From: the human T2T-CHM13v2.0 reference genome, Homo sapiens
Length of the DNA: 64,000 nt
Assembly: GCF_009914755.1 (NCBI RefSeq)
Contig: NC_060933.1
Strand: one strand, 5' to 3'
Below the pieces are notes generated by a model, which saw nothing but the letters and a program-made list of their open reading frames with translations, did no database searches and had not been told where the DNA came from. Of the stretch, positions 29,208 to 44,480 are shown one piece after another (position 1 is the first letter of the stretch; every line of letters starts with the position of its first letter). The position numbers and the translations under genes are program-made.

Positions 29208-32086
29208 CACACACACACACATACACATACACACACACACACACAAATGTGCCCACTAAGAATTATTACAGGGGTATAAAAAAGCATGCTGTACATTCTT
29301 CTTACACAAAGAACACATTGGAGAATAAATTAGCATGGAAAATGGTCTCTTTGAAGGCACAATAACTATTGTTTCCTTATTAAATCCAGTTTTCCAATTA
29401 AGTGGAGCCTCACTGATCCACACTATGGCTGGGAAGTCCCACAGAGAATTTCTGAACTTTGTAGATTAGCGAAACACTGTAATTGGGGGGAAAAAATCAT
29501 GACACAGACTGCAGGAGAATAGAAAAATGACTGCCATTGTGTTTATTTTGATAACCGGATTTAATTTTTAATTATTGAAATGCTTCATAATGGATAAACA
29601 TGCTGTAAACTTTGGCAACAGTCATGAAAGGATAGAGACAGGGAATTAATTTATTGAGCACCTACTAAGTACTGAGTACTCACTGTGCTACTAGCTATCT
29701 TGAGTGATCCAGATAGCACTTCACTAATAATAGCCATGGTTATTATTCCCAATGTTCAGAGAAAAAAACCTGAGCCCCAAAGGGGTTAAATGATTTGCCC
29801 CAGGGAGCACAGCTTGTAGGTGGCTGAGCTGAAGTTCTAGCCTTTTTTATGTCATAGAAAAAGCTTAATCATAATTTAGTTTTGCTGTGTGTGTCAATTT
29901 CAAAAGGAATTCTCATCATTTTCAAATTGAGTATTCTGAATGCCATTGTTGTAGACAAAATTGGCATTGCTCATCTGTACTTCCATTACAACGTCAAAAT
30001 AAAACAAAACCATGGAATATTCTGATCACGAAAGCTACCATCAAGTAATCATTTTATCTGGACTTCTAGTTGAGCAGCTGAAAGTTATGAATTTTGTTGA
30101 ATATTTTAAATCTATTTTTATCTGTAGGACATGACTAGATACTTGTCCAAATTGAGAATGTAAACATCAAACAGACCAGGTAATCATTTGAGTTCCTCAA
30201 ATATTGAAGTTTCACTGATATCGGAGTTTTAAATATAAAAATGCTTGCCAGCACACACACACACACACACACATACACACAATACTTGTTTCATTGGCAT
30301 GCACACACTTATTTCTAGAAACTCTGAATAAAGCTTTACACTTATTACCGCCCCATCTCACTCCCTCCCTAGTCCCTACCAAATGTTTGGGTCTTATTTC
30401 CTCCTAGTTTCAGTAAATGTTGAAAGAACCAGAATTCATTTGGTGATCAATAAGCAGTTTGTAAGGGTCTACAATGAGTCAGATACCTAGGTCTAGAAAC
30501 ATTGAAATGAATAATTCCGGGTCCCTACTGTCAAGGAGATCAGAGCTGATCCAATAAAAGAAATAGTGGTCTTACTTTACAGAAAGTTCAACAACAAAGA
30601 TATGTGTAAACAGATGCCAGAGCATATAAAAGGACAAGCTGATCCTGCCTGAGGGTTTGTGGAATGGGGTCGTCAGAGGATTCTTGGAACAGCTGATGTT
30701 AGAGCTGACAGCAAGTCCATAGTCTGGAGAGGGACTAAGACAAAGTTACCACCAACCAGAAGAGGGAGAATGGGAAAAACAGATGCTAGATTAATTTCAC
30801 TAAGAATACTGCTACTATATTAATGAGTTTTAATTTATCGCAACTATAAGGATTTGGTTAATCACCTCTATTTGTAAAAGGCCATGGGAGGGGTTGAGGA
30901 TAATCTAGCCCAGAAAAGATGAAGGTTGGAGCTGAAGCAATGGCAGTGAGGTGGGGAGGTAGAGATAGATCAGAAAAACTCGTCAAGCAGATTTAGTAAA
31001 CCTGCTGACTGATTGGTTGTGCTGACATTAGAGAAAGGAGTCAGGGATGACTTCAGAGATTCCAGCTAGTTATTTTGTGCAAGTTTTTAGGGACACATGC
31101 TAGATGTATTTTGGTCATAAGTTTAAAACGCTGATGATACATACATGTAAAGATGTCAGATAGAGAGGTAGGACACACATCTGAGCTGGATAAACATTTA
31201 GGGGCCAAAGATATATGGTAATGAAGAGAGCAAATTTGTAGATCTCCCTCTGTCCCCTTCTCTTTCTCTTTCTAACATAAATTAAGAAGATGAAAGCAGA
31301 GAAAAACATGATAAGCATCTTTAGAAACCTATCCATCACAGGGAATAAACTTATAACTAGATCTACAGAGTTTAGTTTGACCAATTTGCCCAGATTCAGA
31401 AATAATTATGCTGCACTAAAGTTTTCATTACAGAGAAATCTGACATCTATACTTGTGTATATGAAGAGCATGATTTATAAAATATATAACAACGAAAGAA
31501 GAAAAAAGAAGTCCTGAATTTTTCATTTTTAAAAAGGCCCATAGGCTACTAAAAGTGATACGGTATCCTAGTCAGAAACATAACTCAGATTGGATAGATA
31601 CACAGAAGACTTAGAAGTAAATCCTATTAACTGTTACCTTTTTGAACTATCAAATAAACTAAGGTTTCAAGCAAAAACTTAATCTAGAAATGACATATAA
31701 TACATTGATAAAAAGAGGGAGGTGTTATTTGAAAAGGAATTGACCTGTTAGTCAAAGAGCAGATGAACTGAGTTTTCTCATTCATTCTCTATTCCTTCTT
31801 AATAGGGATTACCTATTGCCTTCCATTTCTGAGCTCTCTGGAATCATTCTTCCTGATCATCTCCTTCTGTTACACTCTTCTTAGCACACAGATCAATAGC
31901 TCAATCATCTATGCATTAGCTAATGTCAGTGTCTATGACATTATGGGAAGGCATTATGTGACAAATAGGACCCTTGCTTTAAGCAGTCATTCTAGAACAG
32001 GTTGGAAATTTGCTTGGATCCATATACAGGCTATCTTCCAAGATAATAGGTACAAAATGCCTAGGAAAATGTACGTACATAGTAGG

Positions 32087-32463
32087 TTTATTAGCCTGTT
32101 CTCACACTGCTGATAAAGACATACCTGAGACTGGGCAATTTACAAAAGAAAGAGATTTAATGGATGTACAGTTCCACATGGCTGGGGAGGTCTCACAATC
32201 ATGGCAGAAGGCAAAAAGGATCAAGTCTCGTCTTACATGGATGGCAGCAGGCAGAGAGAGAGCGCGCAAGCTTGTACAGGGGACCACCCGTTTTTAAAAC
32301 CATCAGATCCCGTGAGACTTATTCACTATCATGAGAACAGCACAGGAAAAACCCACCCCCATGATTCAATTACCTCCCACCAGGTTCCTCCCATGACACG
32401 TGGGAATTGTGGGAGTTACAATTCAAGATGAGATTTGGGTGGGGACACAGCCAAACCATATCA
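32087..32463 (-). mobile_element. THE1-type solo LTR
   Basis: Exact 5-bp TSD gtagg at 32082-32086 and 32464-32468. Confidence 0.93.
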
Positions 32464-33195
32464 GTAGGTGATTACTTAATTTCAGCTGTCCTTTTTTAAA
32501 ATCTCTATTATCAACCAGCCTCTCCTTTCAAGGAGTCTACTCTATTATAGTTGTCCAGACACTACCCTGACTCCACTTTCTGTAATTTCTATATGGCAAT
32601 GTTTGCTTAAACTTCTTTCTGCATTCTACACATTTAAATTATATCCTCTAGTGGTAGAAGAGACTCTTAGATCTTTAAAGGCAACAATAAATAATAGCTA
32701 ATGTATTTATTGAGTGTTTCCCATGAACCAAAATGTTCTCAGTACTTTATATGCATTATCTCACCTTCACAATAACTCTAAAGGAAGGTTCTATTATTAT
32801 CTGTTTTACAGACAAGGAAACTGGAGCATGGGTTGACCAGTCAGTCAGTGTCAAGATCAAGAGGGAAACTCATGCAACCTAACTCTAGAGCCTATAATTT
32901 AATCACCACATATAAAATAAATGTTTTCTTGAGTGTCGGGAGACAAGCAAATTTTGTGAGTTGCTCTACATAAAAGGGTCCCATAGTTAAATGACCTTGA
33001 AACACTGAATACATAGATATCTATAAAAGTCTTTCAAAAAGGAAACATTTGAGTAGTCCTATTGCAAAGAAATCTGCTTAATTTTGTTTAATCGATTGTT
33101 TTTCAAATTTTAAACCTTGAAACCTATTTTCATGTGGTTTCTAACCACATCTCCTAGAATTGACACCTGTGCACAAGACTTTGGGAAAGTGTTCA

Positions 33196-33447
<252 letters not shown>

Positions 33448-34053
33448 CTAGTACATTCTATGTACCCAAGGAATCTGCATTAAATGTTTTCATCAAAGAT
33501 AAATAATAAAGCAGAAAAATAATAAATAATAAAGCAGGAAAACTAAAGTCACTATATCTGTCTTGATATATGGAAAAATTAGCATTAGAAAAATATTTTC
33601 AAGAAACTTACTCTTATTTCAAATATACAAAGTAACACTAACTACTTACTTGATCCCTATTTTGTCAAACTCCGGATCTACCTACTTTAAGAAGTAGTTA
33701 CAAAATGATTCTAACAAAATGTAAACAAATGTTATTCATGAAATTATCAATAATCTAGAATAGTCAAAAAATCTCCTTTTAGACTAATTTGTTCTATCAC
33801 CTTGCTCGGCTGACTTAATTTTTCATAGTGTAATGGTTACTTTGAGGCTCAGCTCTGGAAATCTGTAGATGCACAACCTTGGACAGATCAAATTAACTTT
33901 CCTAAATCTCAGGCTTCCTCATTATGAAATGGGAATAAAAATACTATCTTACTTCAGAAACTTGATGTTCACCTTAGGACAAACTCGGACACAATTTCAG
34001 CAAACCCAGAAGGATGCATAGAAGGTTCTCTATGGAAGAGTGAATTCCATTCA

Positions 34054-34563
<510 letters not shown>

Positions 34564-34684
34564 TTAGTGGGTTCTGGGAGAACATATCTAGTTTTGAATA
34601 CTGGCTCCAACATTTATCAGTTGTGCAGATTTGAGCAAGGTATTTAATTTATGAAACTCATCTATAAAACATGGATAATACTAC

Positions 34685-35354
34685 TGTGATGGTTTTAACT
34701 TTTTCCATCAACTTAACTGGGCTAAGGAATGCCCAGACAACTGGTAAAATATTATTGCTGGGTGGTTCTGTGAAGCAGTGTTTCTTGAAGTGATTAGCAT
34801 TCGAATCAGCAGACTGAGAAAAGATCACATTCATCATTGTGGGCAGGCATCATCCAATCCATTGATAGACTGAATAGAACAAAAAGGAAGAGGAAAGGGG
34901 AATGCTCTGTCTCTTCTGGAGCTGAGACTTCCTTCCATCTTCTTCCCTCTGACACTGGAGCTCCTGGCTCTTGGGCCTTTGAACTCTGGAACATAAACCA
35001 GCCATCCTCTAACACCCTCATTTGTGCCTCCACCCTCCACCTTCCCTACCCCACTCACCCCTCTCCACTCCCCTTGCCCATCTTCTCAAGCCTTTGGCTT
35101 TGGACTGGGTTACACCATCAGCTTCCCTGGTTCTCGGGCCTTCAGACTAATACCCATGACTTCCTGGGCTTTCCTGGTTCTCCAACAGCCTAACAAGGAA
35201 CCTCTCAGCCTCCGCAATTACATAAGCCAATTCCCAGAATAAATCACCTCATAGATAGATAGGTAGGTAGGTAGGTAGGTAGGCAGATAGATACATACAT
35301 ACATAGATAGACATTCTGTTGGTTTCATTTCTCTAGGGAACCCTTACTAATACA
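34685..35354 (+). mobile_element. MLT2 (ERVL) LTR with internal GATA/GGTA/CATA tetranucleotide run, apparently inserted into a MIR
   Basis: tgtgatggtttt...ctaataca; near-TSD actac/aatac. Confidence 0.85.
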
Positions 35355-35459
35355 AATACTTACCTCATAATCCACAGCAAGAATGAGAGAACTTAAGCAA
35401 CAGTAAGCCTACAATAAATGTTGGTTATTCTTCAGCTAATTGCTACCATCTTACATGGC

Positions 35460-35627
35460 AGCAGTTCTTAGAGGAGTGGTCTCAAACCAGCAGCCTCAGT
35501 ACCATCTGGAAAGTTTTAGAAATGCAAATTCTCAAGCCTTACCCTGGACCTGCTGAATCAGAAATTCAGGGGTGGGTGGGAGGGAGGCAACAACCAGTGT
35601 TATCAAGCCTATTTGAAAATTACTGGC
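35460..35627. mobile_element. MER5A-like hAT DNA transposon
   Basis: ttagaaatgcaaattctca...tgctgaatcagaaattc core. Confidence 0.7.
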
Positions 35628-35639
35628 TCAAAGACCAAG

Positions 35640-35870
35640 AGCTAGAGCTCTAATATCTAACAGTCTGGGTTCAAATCCCAGTTCTGCCATTTTCTAGGTG
35701 TGCAACCTTAGATAAATCAGTTGTTCTAAGTCTCAGGTTACCCATTTGTAAAATGGGAATAATAATAGTATCTAATATCATAAAGTTGATATGAGATAAC
35801 AAGTTAAAGTATACAGAATGCTTTCTACAGTGTCTGTCACAAAGTAAAGCTTAATAAATGATCACACTAT
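35640..35870 (+). mobile_element. MIR
   Basis: ctgggttcaaatcccagttctgcc...tgtaaaatgggaataataatagta. Confidence 0.75.
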
Positions 35871-35886
35871 TTTGTGTCTCCTCTGA

Positions 35887-36299
<413 letters not shown>

Positions 36300-37043
36300 T
36301 AATGGCAGGTGCACCCCATTATTCTCTTCACACCACGTGGCTGTGTTAAAGACCTTAGAGGAATAAACGATTTAACACTGTCTTGACCAAGATCCACTTT
36401 ATGCTTCTTCCTCACTACCAGAATCCTAGTTGTATTTGGCATAGCAATATGGTCATTTAAAAATACTCAGGCTTCCCGACTTGCTTGCACTGAGGAGTTG
36501 TATGTGACATAGTTTGATAAAGAAATCTAAGTGGAAATTGTTGTATTGTGCTCCTAGGAAAACTTGTTAGATACAGCAAACTTAGATCATGACTTCTTTC
36601 ATTGTTCCTTCTGGGTCTTCAAGCCTCAAATACATGAAGAAAATAACTAATTTTCAAGCCACTACACTTGGATTTCTCTTACATACAAGCGAACACCCAA
36701 CCTGACTGGTATACCCAGATTTAAACTGGCCTCCCACTGTCCTGAGATTAAGCAGGAGGATTTATCATACATTTATTATTTTGTTTTTGATTCCAGAATT
36801 CCCTGCTCACAAATGATGGTGAGAGTTATCTTTCTGCATTACAGTTAGGGAAACTAAGAAGATAATTGAATTAAATCCTCTGAGTTCATTATAAGGAATG
36901 ACTTATTTTATCATAAAGTGTAAATATTACTTTTATTAGATTATTACCTTGTTAACTATCATCCCATAGAATTATAAATTTATTTCTTTTAAACCATGAC
37001 AACTACTACTAATAACATAACATCATTATTACTAAAGTATTAA

Positions 37044-37397
<354 letters not shown>

Positions 37398-37713
37398 TAA
37401 AAAACATTCTGTCCTCCAACTGGGAAAAAAATAACTAGTTAAGGAGTATACTTACAAGAAGCCATGCATGGCATCCAGAAAGCAAAACTGAGGTTTAAAC
37501 AATGAGCCACGTACAAGGTACCATTCATAAATGGTTAGACATTGATCTGAGCATTTGAACACAAAAGTCAATGATTTCAAGATCTCCAGATTTTCTGCAT
37601 TTGACAATTTCATTGAGAAATTGGGCCCAAGAGATGCTACATATATCTGTTAAATATATCTACTTTTGAAGAAAATACTTTTGGATTCTTTGCTAGGTTA
37701 CCAAGTTGGATCA

Positions 37714-38296
<583 letters not shown>

Positions 38297-38709
38297 AGAA
38301 AAGGGTATTGGCAAGTTCTATGACATGCCAACGTGCCTGCTTAAGAAAAGATGAATGAATTTCCACTCATGAAACCATCTGAATATTGCATCTATAAAAG
38401 CTTTTCAAGAAACTGGAATGTAGCTTTTATTTTTAGTACTATTTTTATTTTTAGTACTATTAACTCCAATATTACAACAGATTACAGATAATCCTGAAAG
38501 GGAGCAGAGCAAGCTGGTCGAATTGCAAGGTAGCGTGCTGCTGGACTTATCTTATGCTTCTCTCACATCTGCCAGCTTCACCTGCCATCCCGGCCTCGAC
38601 CAACTGACTGTTCTCTAGCTGCAGCCGCCCCATGAGGGTTCCCAGTCTCCAAAATTGTAAAGCCCTCCTGCCACCACTGCCTCATCTTCTGATGCAGCCG
38701 GCTACCTCC

Positions 38710-38728
38710 ACTGCCCTCTAGTGGCGGC
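38710..38728 (-). promoter_or_regulatory. Candidate CTCF site inside an old ERVL-type LTR (~38520-39131)
   Basis: Minus strand GCCGCCACTAGAGGGCAGT matches the CTCF core; LTR-like 3' end ctagggaaattgggctaataca. Confidence 0.6.
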
Positions 38729-39139
38729 AGGACCAACCTTGTGGCTGATCAGGCCCTGCACCAGGGGACCCAGGAAGTGTGTGCAATGGCTGCTAAGAGG
38801 GGCCAGATAACACAATCTGGGCATGTGGGGAGTTAACAGCCAGTGAAGTAAACTTTAACCCATTAAACACAGGAGATGGGAAATAACTGACCATTAATAG
38901 ATTGTTGACCTTTTCCCAACCCCACTTCCAACTCTTACCAGACACAGCAGTTGCATCTTCTCCCTGGAGACATCAACACTGCAGAGCAATCTGCTTTATC
39001 TTATTGTAAAGCTGTGACACCAGCTCAGCCATGCGTTTTTATTTGCTTCTCCCCTTACTCTTGCTTTTAGTATAGGGTTAGTACATCTGATCTGCCTCGG
39101 GGTCTGTTTTCTAGGGAAATTGGGCTAATACATATATAA

Positions 39140-39252
39140 AGGAGAGGGAGAGAGAAAAAGAAGGAAGGAAGGAAGGAAGGAAGGAAGGAAGGAAGGAAGG
39201 AAGGAAGGAAGGAAGGAAGGGAGGGAGGGAGGGAGGGAGGGTGGGAGGGAGA
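39140..39252. repeat. (GGAA)n-(GGGA)n polypurine tract
   Basis: direct inspection. Confidence 0.92.
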
Positions 39253-40427
39253 AGAAATGGACAGAAGTGCATAAGAAGAATCTCTGTGACTGGCAATAAG
39301 GGTTTGGAAGCCAGGAGTGCATAGGACAAGGCATCACGGAGCACAGCAGAGGAACAATCGAGAAGCCTAGAAATATATACAGCAAAATATTAACATTGGT
39401 TATATCTTCACGGCGAAATAATAATTTTAGATGCATTCTCCAAATTTCAACGATGGCACAGATCAAGTTCATAATAAGCAAACATTTATTTTAAAAGGGA
39501 TTCTGATGTTCAAAGCAGCCAAAATGACATTGAGCAAACCTGGGTGTCACCGATCACACATACACGTACAGACTATTCCATCTCTACACTCAGGCAGGAG
39601 CCCATGCAACATGTGATTATTCCTAAACTTTAGGTTACTGATTCCATCTTTTCTCTCATTACCCCCTTGACAGAGGTACAGTAGGATGTATAGCCAGAAT
39701 TATAAATCAAGGCTGCTCACCTGATGTTCTCTATCTCTGCTGAAACTCACACACATACAAACACATATCTATGTGTACACACACGAGGCAGCTCGTTTAA
39801 GCTGCCACCTGAGGATTTAAATCAGACACAGATATTTTTTCCTTAATACTATCTACCACCACTGCTTATAAGTATGTTTCAAATGGTATTGATGGGATCA
39901 GTGAGAAGGAAAAGATCTCCATTTACATTCCACATTTACATCTGATCAACATATACATATATATATCACATAAGTCCACTCAGAATTGAGAGGCATAGAA
40001 AGCCATATTTTAAAGCAGTTAAAGCTCTTATTTACATATTTTAGTTTCCATGCAGCCCAACATAAAAATAGACTATAGATTATAAAAGCTAAACCTTTCT
40101 CCAATCCCTTGGAACAATTTGAGTTGGAGATTTCAGTCCCACTACAGCTCAATATCACAAATAGTCAGTTTTTTGCTTCATTCAGTTGAAAAGTGTCCCT
40201 TTGTCTTATCTCCGGCAGAGGAAAGAACTTGGCCTCAGGACGCAGAAATCCTGGATTTAAATTTCTCACGCTGCCAGGAGGAATAAAAAAACAACAACAA
40301 AAGCTACTATGTGATGCCCTTAATCTGTCTGGGTTTCAGTTGCCACATGTATGACATAGGAATAAAACTACCTTTCTTTCCTGACCCATCTACTTTCTTG
40401 TATTCCCTTCAGGGCTATGTTGCTCTA

Positions 40428-40625
<198 letters not shown>

Positions 40626-40892
40626 TTATACCCACACACAGTGGATTCAGTTTTCTGCGGGGATTCACATTTCTGCGGTTCCCACATCTCATTTAGACAA
40701 CCTGATTTGACTTTTTCAGGTTCTAGATCTTGTTCCTTACTTTAACGGTATTTTTAAATTTTCTTCTACATAAAAGAATTTATTAATCTAAAATTGGTAA
40801 TATGCTGGAGAAGTGTCTCTGCACTTGCTTAGGAGACCAACCCCTTCCCACATTCAGTCACTTAAATCTTTCTCAAAGGTGGAGGATCTAGA

Positions 40893-41115
40893 GAAGTGGT
40901 TTTCAACTAGGGGTGATGTTGTCCCCCTAGAGGACTTTTGGGAATGTCTGGAGGCATTTTTAATTTCAGAAGTCGGTGTGTGGGAAAATGCTATTGTCAT
41001 CGAGTGGGTAGAGGCCAGGATACTAACATCCTACCGTACACAGGACAACCTCCCAAACAAAGAATTATCTGATACAAAATGGCAATTGTCGTACTGCTAC
41101 TATCAAGAAACCCTG
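40893..41115. mobile_element. MER20-like DNA transposon
   Basis: agtggttttcaactagggg...gtgggtagaggccaggatact...aagaaaccctg. Confidence 0.75.
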
Positions 41116-42211
41116 ATCTAGAGACATGTATTTCACTAGACATATTTTTAAATATCTCAACTTTATTTGCTTTCATGAAATTCATAACTAATAAGTAAGT
41201 AGGGGCTGCGTGATAAGTTTTGATCTTTATTATGTGCTGTGTATGTATTGCACCAGATGTTGACAGAGAAGAATGAGGTATAACACAGAAATGCAAGGCA
41301 TACTCCCTACTTTTGAAGAACATGTGGTCCATGGAAGAGGATAAGATAAATAATCAAACAGCACTATATCAGCAAACACTAAATAACAAAAGAAACTGAT
41401 TCAAGGCTGCCAAAGCAACAGACTGAACAGGAAACTACATGGGCAGGAGGTGTCTTTTTTGGAGGGGTAATGCATTCGGTTGGGCCCTGGCCCAGGGCTT
41501 CCAGTCCACACAACCTGAAAACTGTGTGATCTCCACTGAAAAAATTGAGAGTTACTGTCTAACGAAAAAAATCACACATTCGCACAGGTTCTGCTTTAAG
41601 AGTACATTATACAATGCCAGAAACTACACACAGGAAGAGGCCAGAAAAGCAGTGCTCTAAGATTGGATGTGCAATGAGAAATTACTTCCTAACAGGGAAG
41701 GCATGGGGGGCCACAGACTATGATGAAAAGGGGGAAATAAAAGCAGAAGGCAAAGCATAGCGTTTATAGCCTGAAGTCCTTTGTCTTCCCTTGAGGCTAC
41801 ATGCTGAAAATGCCGAAATTACAATAGAGATAACCCCAGGGACGCTCATTTTCCTTAATAAACCTGAGCTCAAGTCTCTATCAGTCTGCTCGTTTACAAT
41901 TTCCACCCTGTTTGAATCAAGTTGCTGGTAGTTCTTTAAGCATGTGAAGCACTATTATGTGGAAGACTTTAACCAGCTGTCCTCCCCTCCCACTAACTAC
42001 AAAACAGAGGAGAGAGGTGGAACCTGCAGCAAAAGGAAATTAGATAGAAGTAGGACCTTCCCGATGGACTGTGTTTCACTGTGAAATTAGTTATCAAATA
42101 AGACTACGGAATGTCCTATCCTGAGTCCGTGTTATTAATTAAAATTAAGGATTCCCATAAAAAGCTCTCACAAAAAAAAAGAATAAAAGAATTTATTAAT
42201 AAAAGAATTGT

Positions 42212-42317
42212 GTGCTCACCTTGGCAGCACATATACTAAAATTGGAATGCTACAGAGAAGATTAGCATAGCCCCTGCACAAGGATGACACACAAATTCGG
42301 AAAGTGTTCCATATTTT
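42212..42317 (+). pseudogene. U6 snRNA retropseudogene, full length, fused to an L1 3' end
   Basis: gtgctcaccttggcagcacatatactaaaattggaatgctacagagaagattagc...gttccatatttt; 106 nt; ACAGAGA box intact. Confidence 0.95.
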
Positions 42318-42527
42318 GGGTGAACAACACACACTGGGGCCTGTCGGGGTTGGGGGTGGAGGGAGAGAGAACATCAGAAAAAATAGCTAATGCATGCTGG
42401 GCTTACTACCTGGGTGATGGGTTGATAGGTACAGCAAACCACCATGGACATGTTTACCTATGTAACACACCTGCACATCCTGCACATGTACCCCAGAACT
42501 TAAACACACCAAAAAAATTTTGTTAAA
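42318..42527 (+). mobile_element. L1PA (about PA8-11) 3'UTR half of the U6/L1 chimera
   Basis: gaacaacacacactggggcc...ccccagaacttaaa; TSD aataaaagaattgt flanks U6 and L1 together. Confidence 0.9.
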
Positions 42528-43015
42528 AATAAAAGAATTGTAAACAAAAGTCATCTCTAACTTCAATGGTCTCTGTGATTCAGGAAGGCTGTCGAAGGCT
42601 ACTGCAGTTCTCAAACTGGTGAGCCCTGGGTCAAATGTGGCCCTCAGAAATATTTGGTAGCTAGCACAATACGTTTCACTACAAGTTTTAATTGTTTTCT
42701 ATATTCAAGAATTTAAGCATTTTACCAAAAATGTATCATTTTCCAATTTCTCTTGGCACATGAGTGCTACAGCAACAGTGGGCACACTTGTATCCTTGCA
42801 GGGCAGTGGTGGGCATGAGCTGAGTGGCAGCTGCTTCCTGAGGGGATGGCTCTTTCTTCAGTTTGCCACAGTGCCCCTCAGTGGGGTTTGCTCATTGACC
42901 CCACCTGCCTGGCTCCTCTGGGCAGTGAGTGTGCATCCTGATTTACAGTGATTGATTCTTTTCTGAGGCAATGAATGTACAAAGGAACCTGAGGGTTTAG
43001 GGTAGGGGGTTCTTA

Positions 43016-43453
<438 letters not shown>

Positions 43454-44187
43454 CTAATAGCATAATATTTAATACAGCCACAGCCTAACGTCTAGCAGTG
43501 ACCTGAAGCCTGGCTGCATATTGGAATCACCTGGGGAGCTTTAAACACATGCTGGTACCTAGGATCCGTCTCCAGAGGTTCTTGTTTAATTGTTCCAAAA
43601 AGGGGACCAGAAAACCAGTATTTCTCGAGCTCCCTGGTGACTCTTACATGCAGCCAGGTGAAGAAGGGAGCACCTACTTTGGCATCAGAAGGAACTGTGT
43701 TTATCATTCTATCTCCAACACTTTTAATTTGTGTGATTTTAGACAAGTTACTTAACTCTTCAGTCTCATTTTCTTTCCAGCTGTAAATGAAAATATTAAT
43801 ACTAGACTACCAAGAATTAAGTGAGGACAAATGAAATAGCCAAAGTAGGCACTTAGCAATCTGGCACTCACCAACAACCTCCTCCAGCCGCCTTCCTCAC
43901 CTCCTGTCATGTAGTTTTAAAGGGGACAGGAGAAGGATGAAGGAAATATGTCTTTATGATTTGGTTCTCATGCAAATGAAGAATAGTTGCTTGGTTGTCT
44001 AGCTAGTTAAGACCCTGGATCTTCAAGCAAGGGTTGGGCATTGGGGATTGCAAGTGGCCACTGAGGCTAGGCATGCATCCTCCCAAAATGAGAGCACTAT
44101 GAGCAAGAGACCCTCCAAAGAAACCATGAAATTGTGCCACAAGATCTAAGATCTCAACAAGTGCTATGGGCAGAAAGAATCCTCACA

Positions 44188-44480
44188 GGGTGAGGTGTGG
44201 TAGCTCACGCCTGCAATCCCAGCACTCTGGGAGGCCGAGGTGGGAGGATTGCTTGATGCCAGGAGTTTGAGACCACCCTAGGCAACAGAACGAGACCCTA
44301 TCTCTACAAAAAAAGTAAAAATAATAAAATTAGACAGGCATGGTGGTGCACACCTATAGCCAATTACTCGAGTGGCTGAAGCAGGAAGATCACTTGAGCC
44401 CAGGAGTTTGAAGTTATGGTGAGCTATGATCATGCCACAGTACTTCAGCCTGGGCAAGAGAGTGAGACTTTGTAAAGAAA
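44188..44480 (+). mobile_element. AluJ
   Basis: ggaggattgcttga, cttgagcccaggagtttga diagnostics; TSD aaagaatcctcacag/aaagaatcctcatag. Confidence 0.9.

Larger units (their letters stand above)
22368..29244 (+). mobile_element. Class I (ERV1, MER4-group/HUERS-P3-LTR9-like) element with processed mRNA structure R-U5-internal-U3-R-tail
   Basis: R duplicated at 22368-22490 and ~29076-29207; U5 ends atatca at 22573; PBS tggtgcattg 22577-22586; PPT agggaggaa then TG at 28642; exact TSD aaatgtgcccac at 22356-22367 and 29245-29256. Family name tentative. Confidence 0.88.

Noticed and set aside
42212-42317. Functional U6 snRNA gene
   Set aside because: Multiple substitutions, no recognisable upstream PSE/TATA Pol III promoter, fused to L1 and flanked by a TSD.
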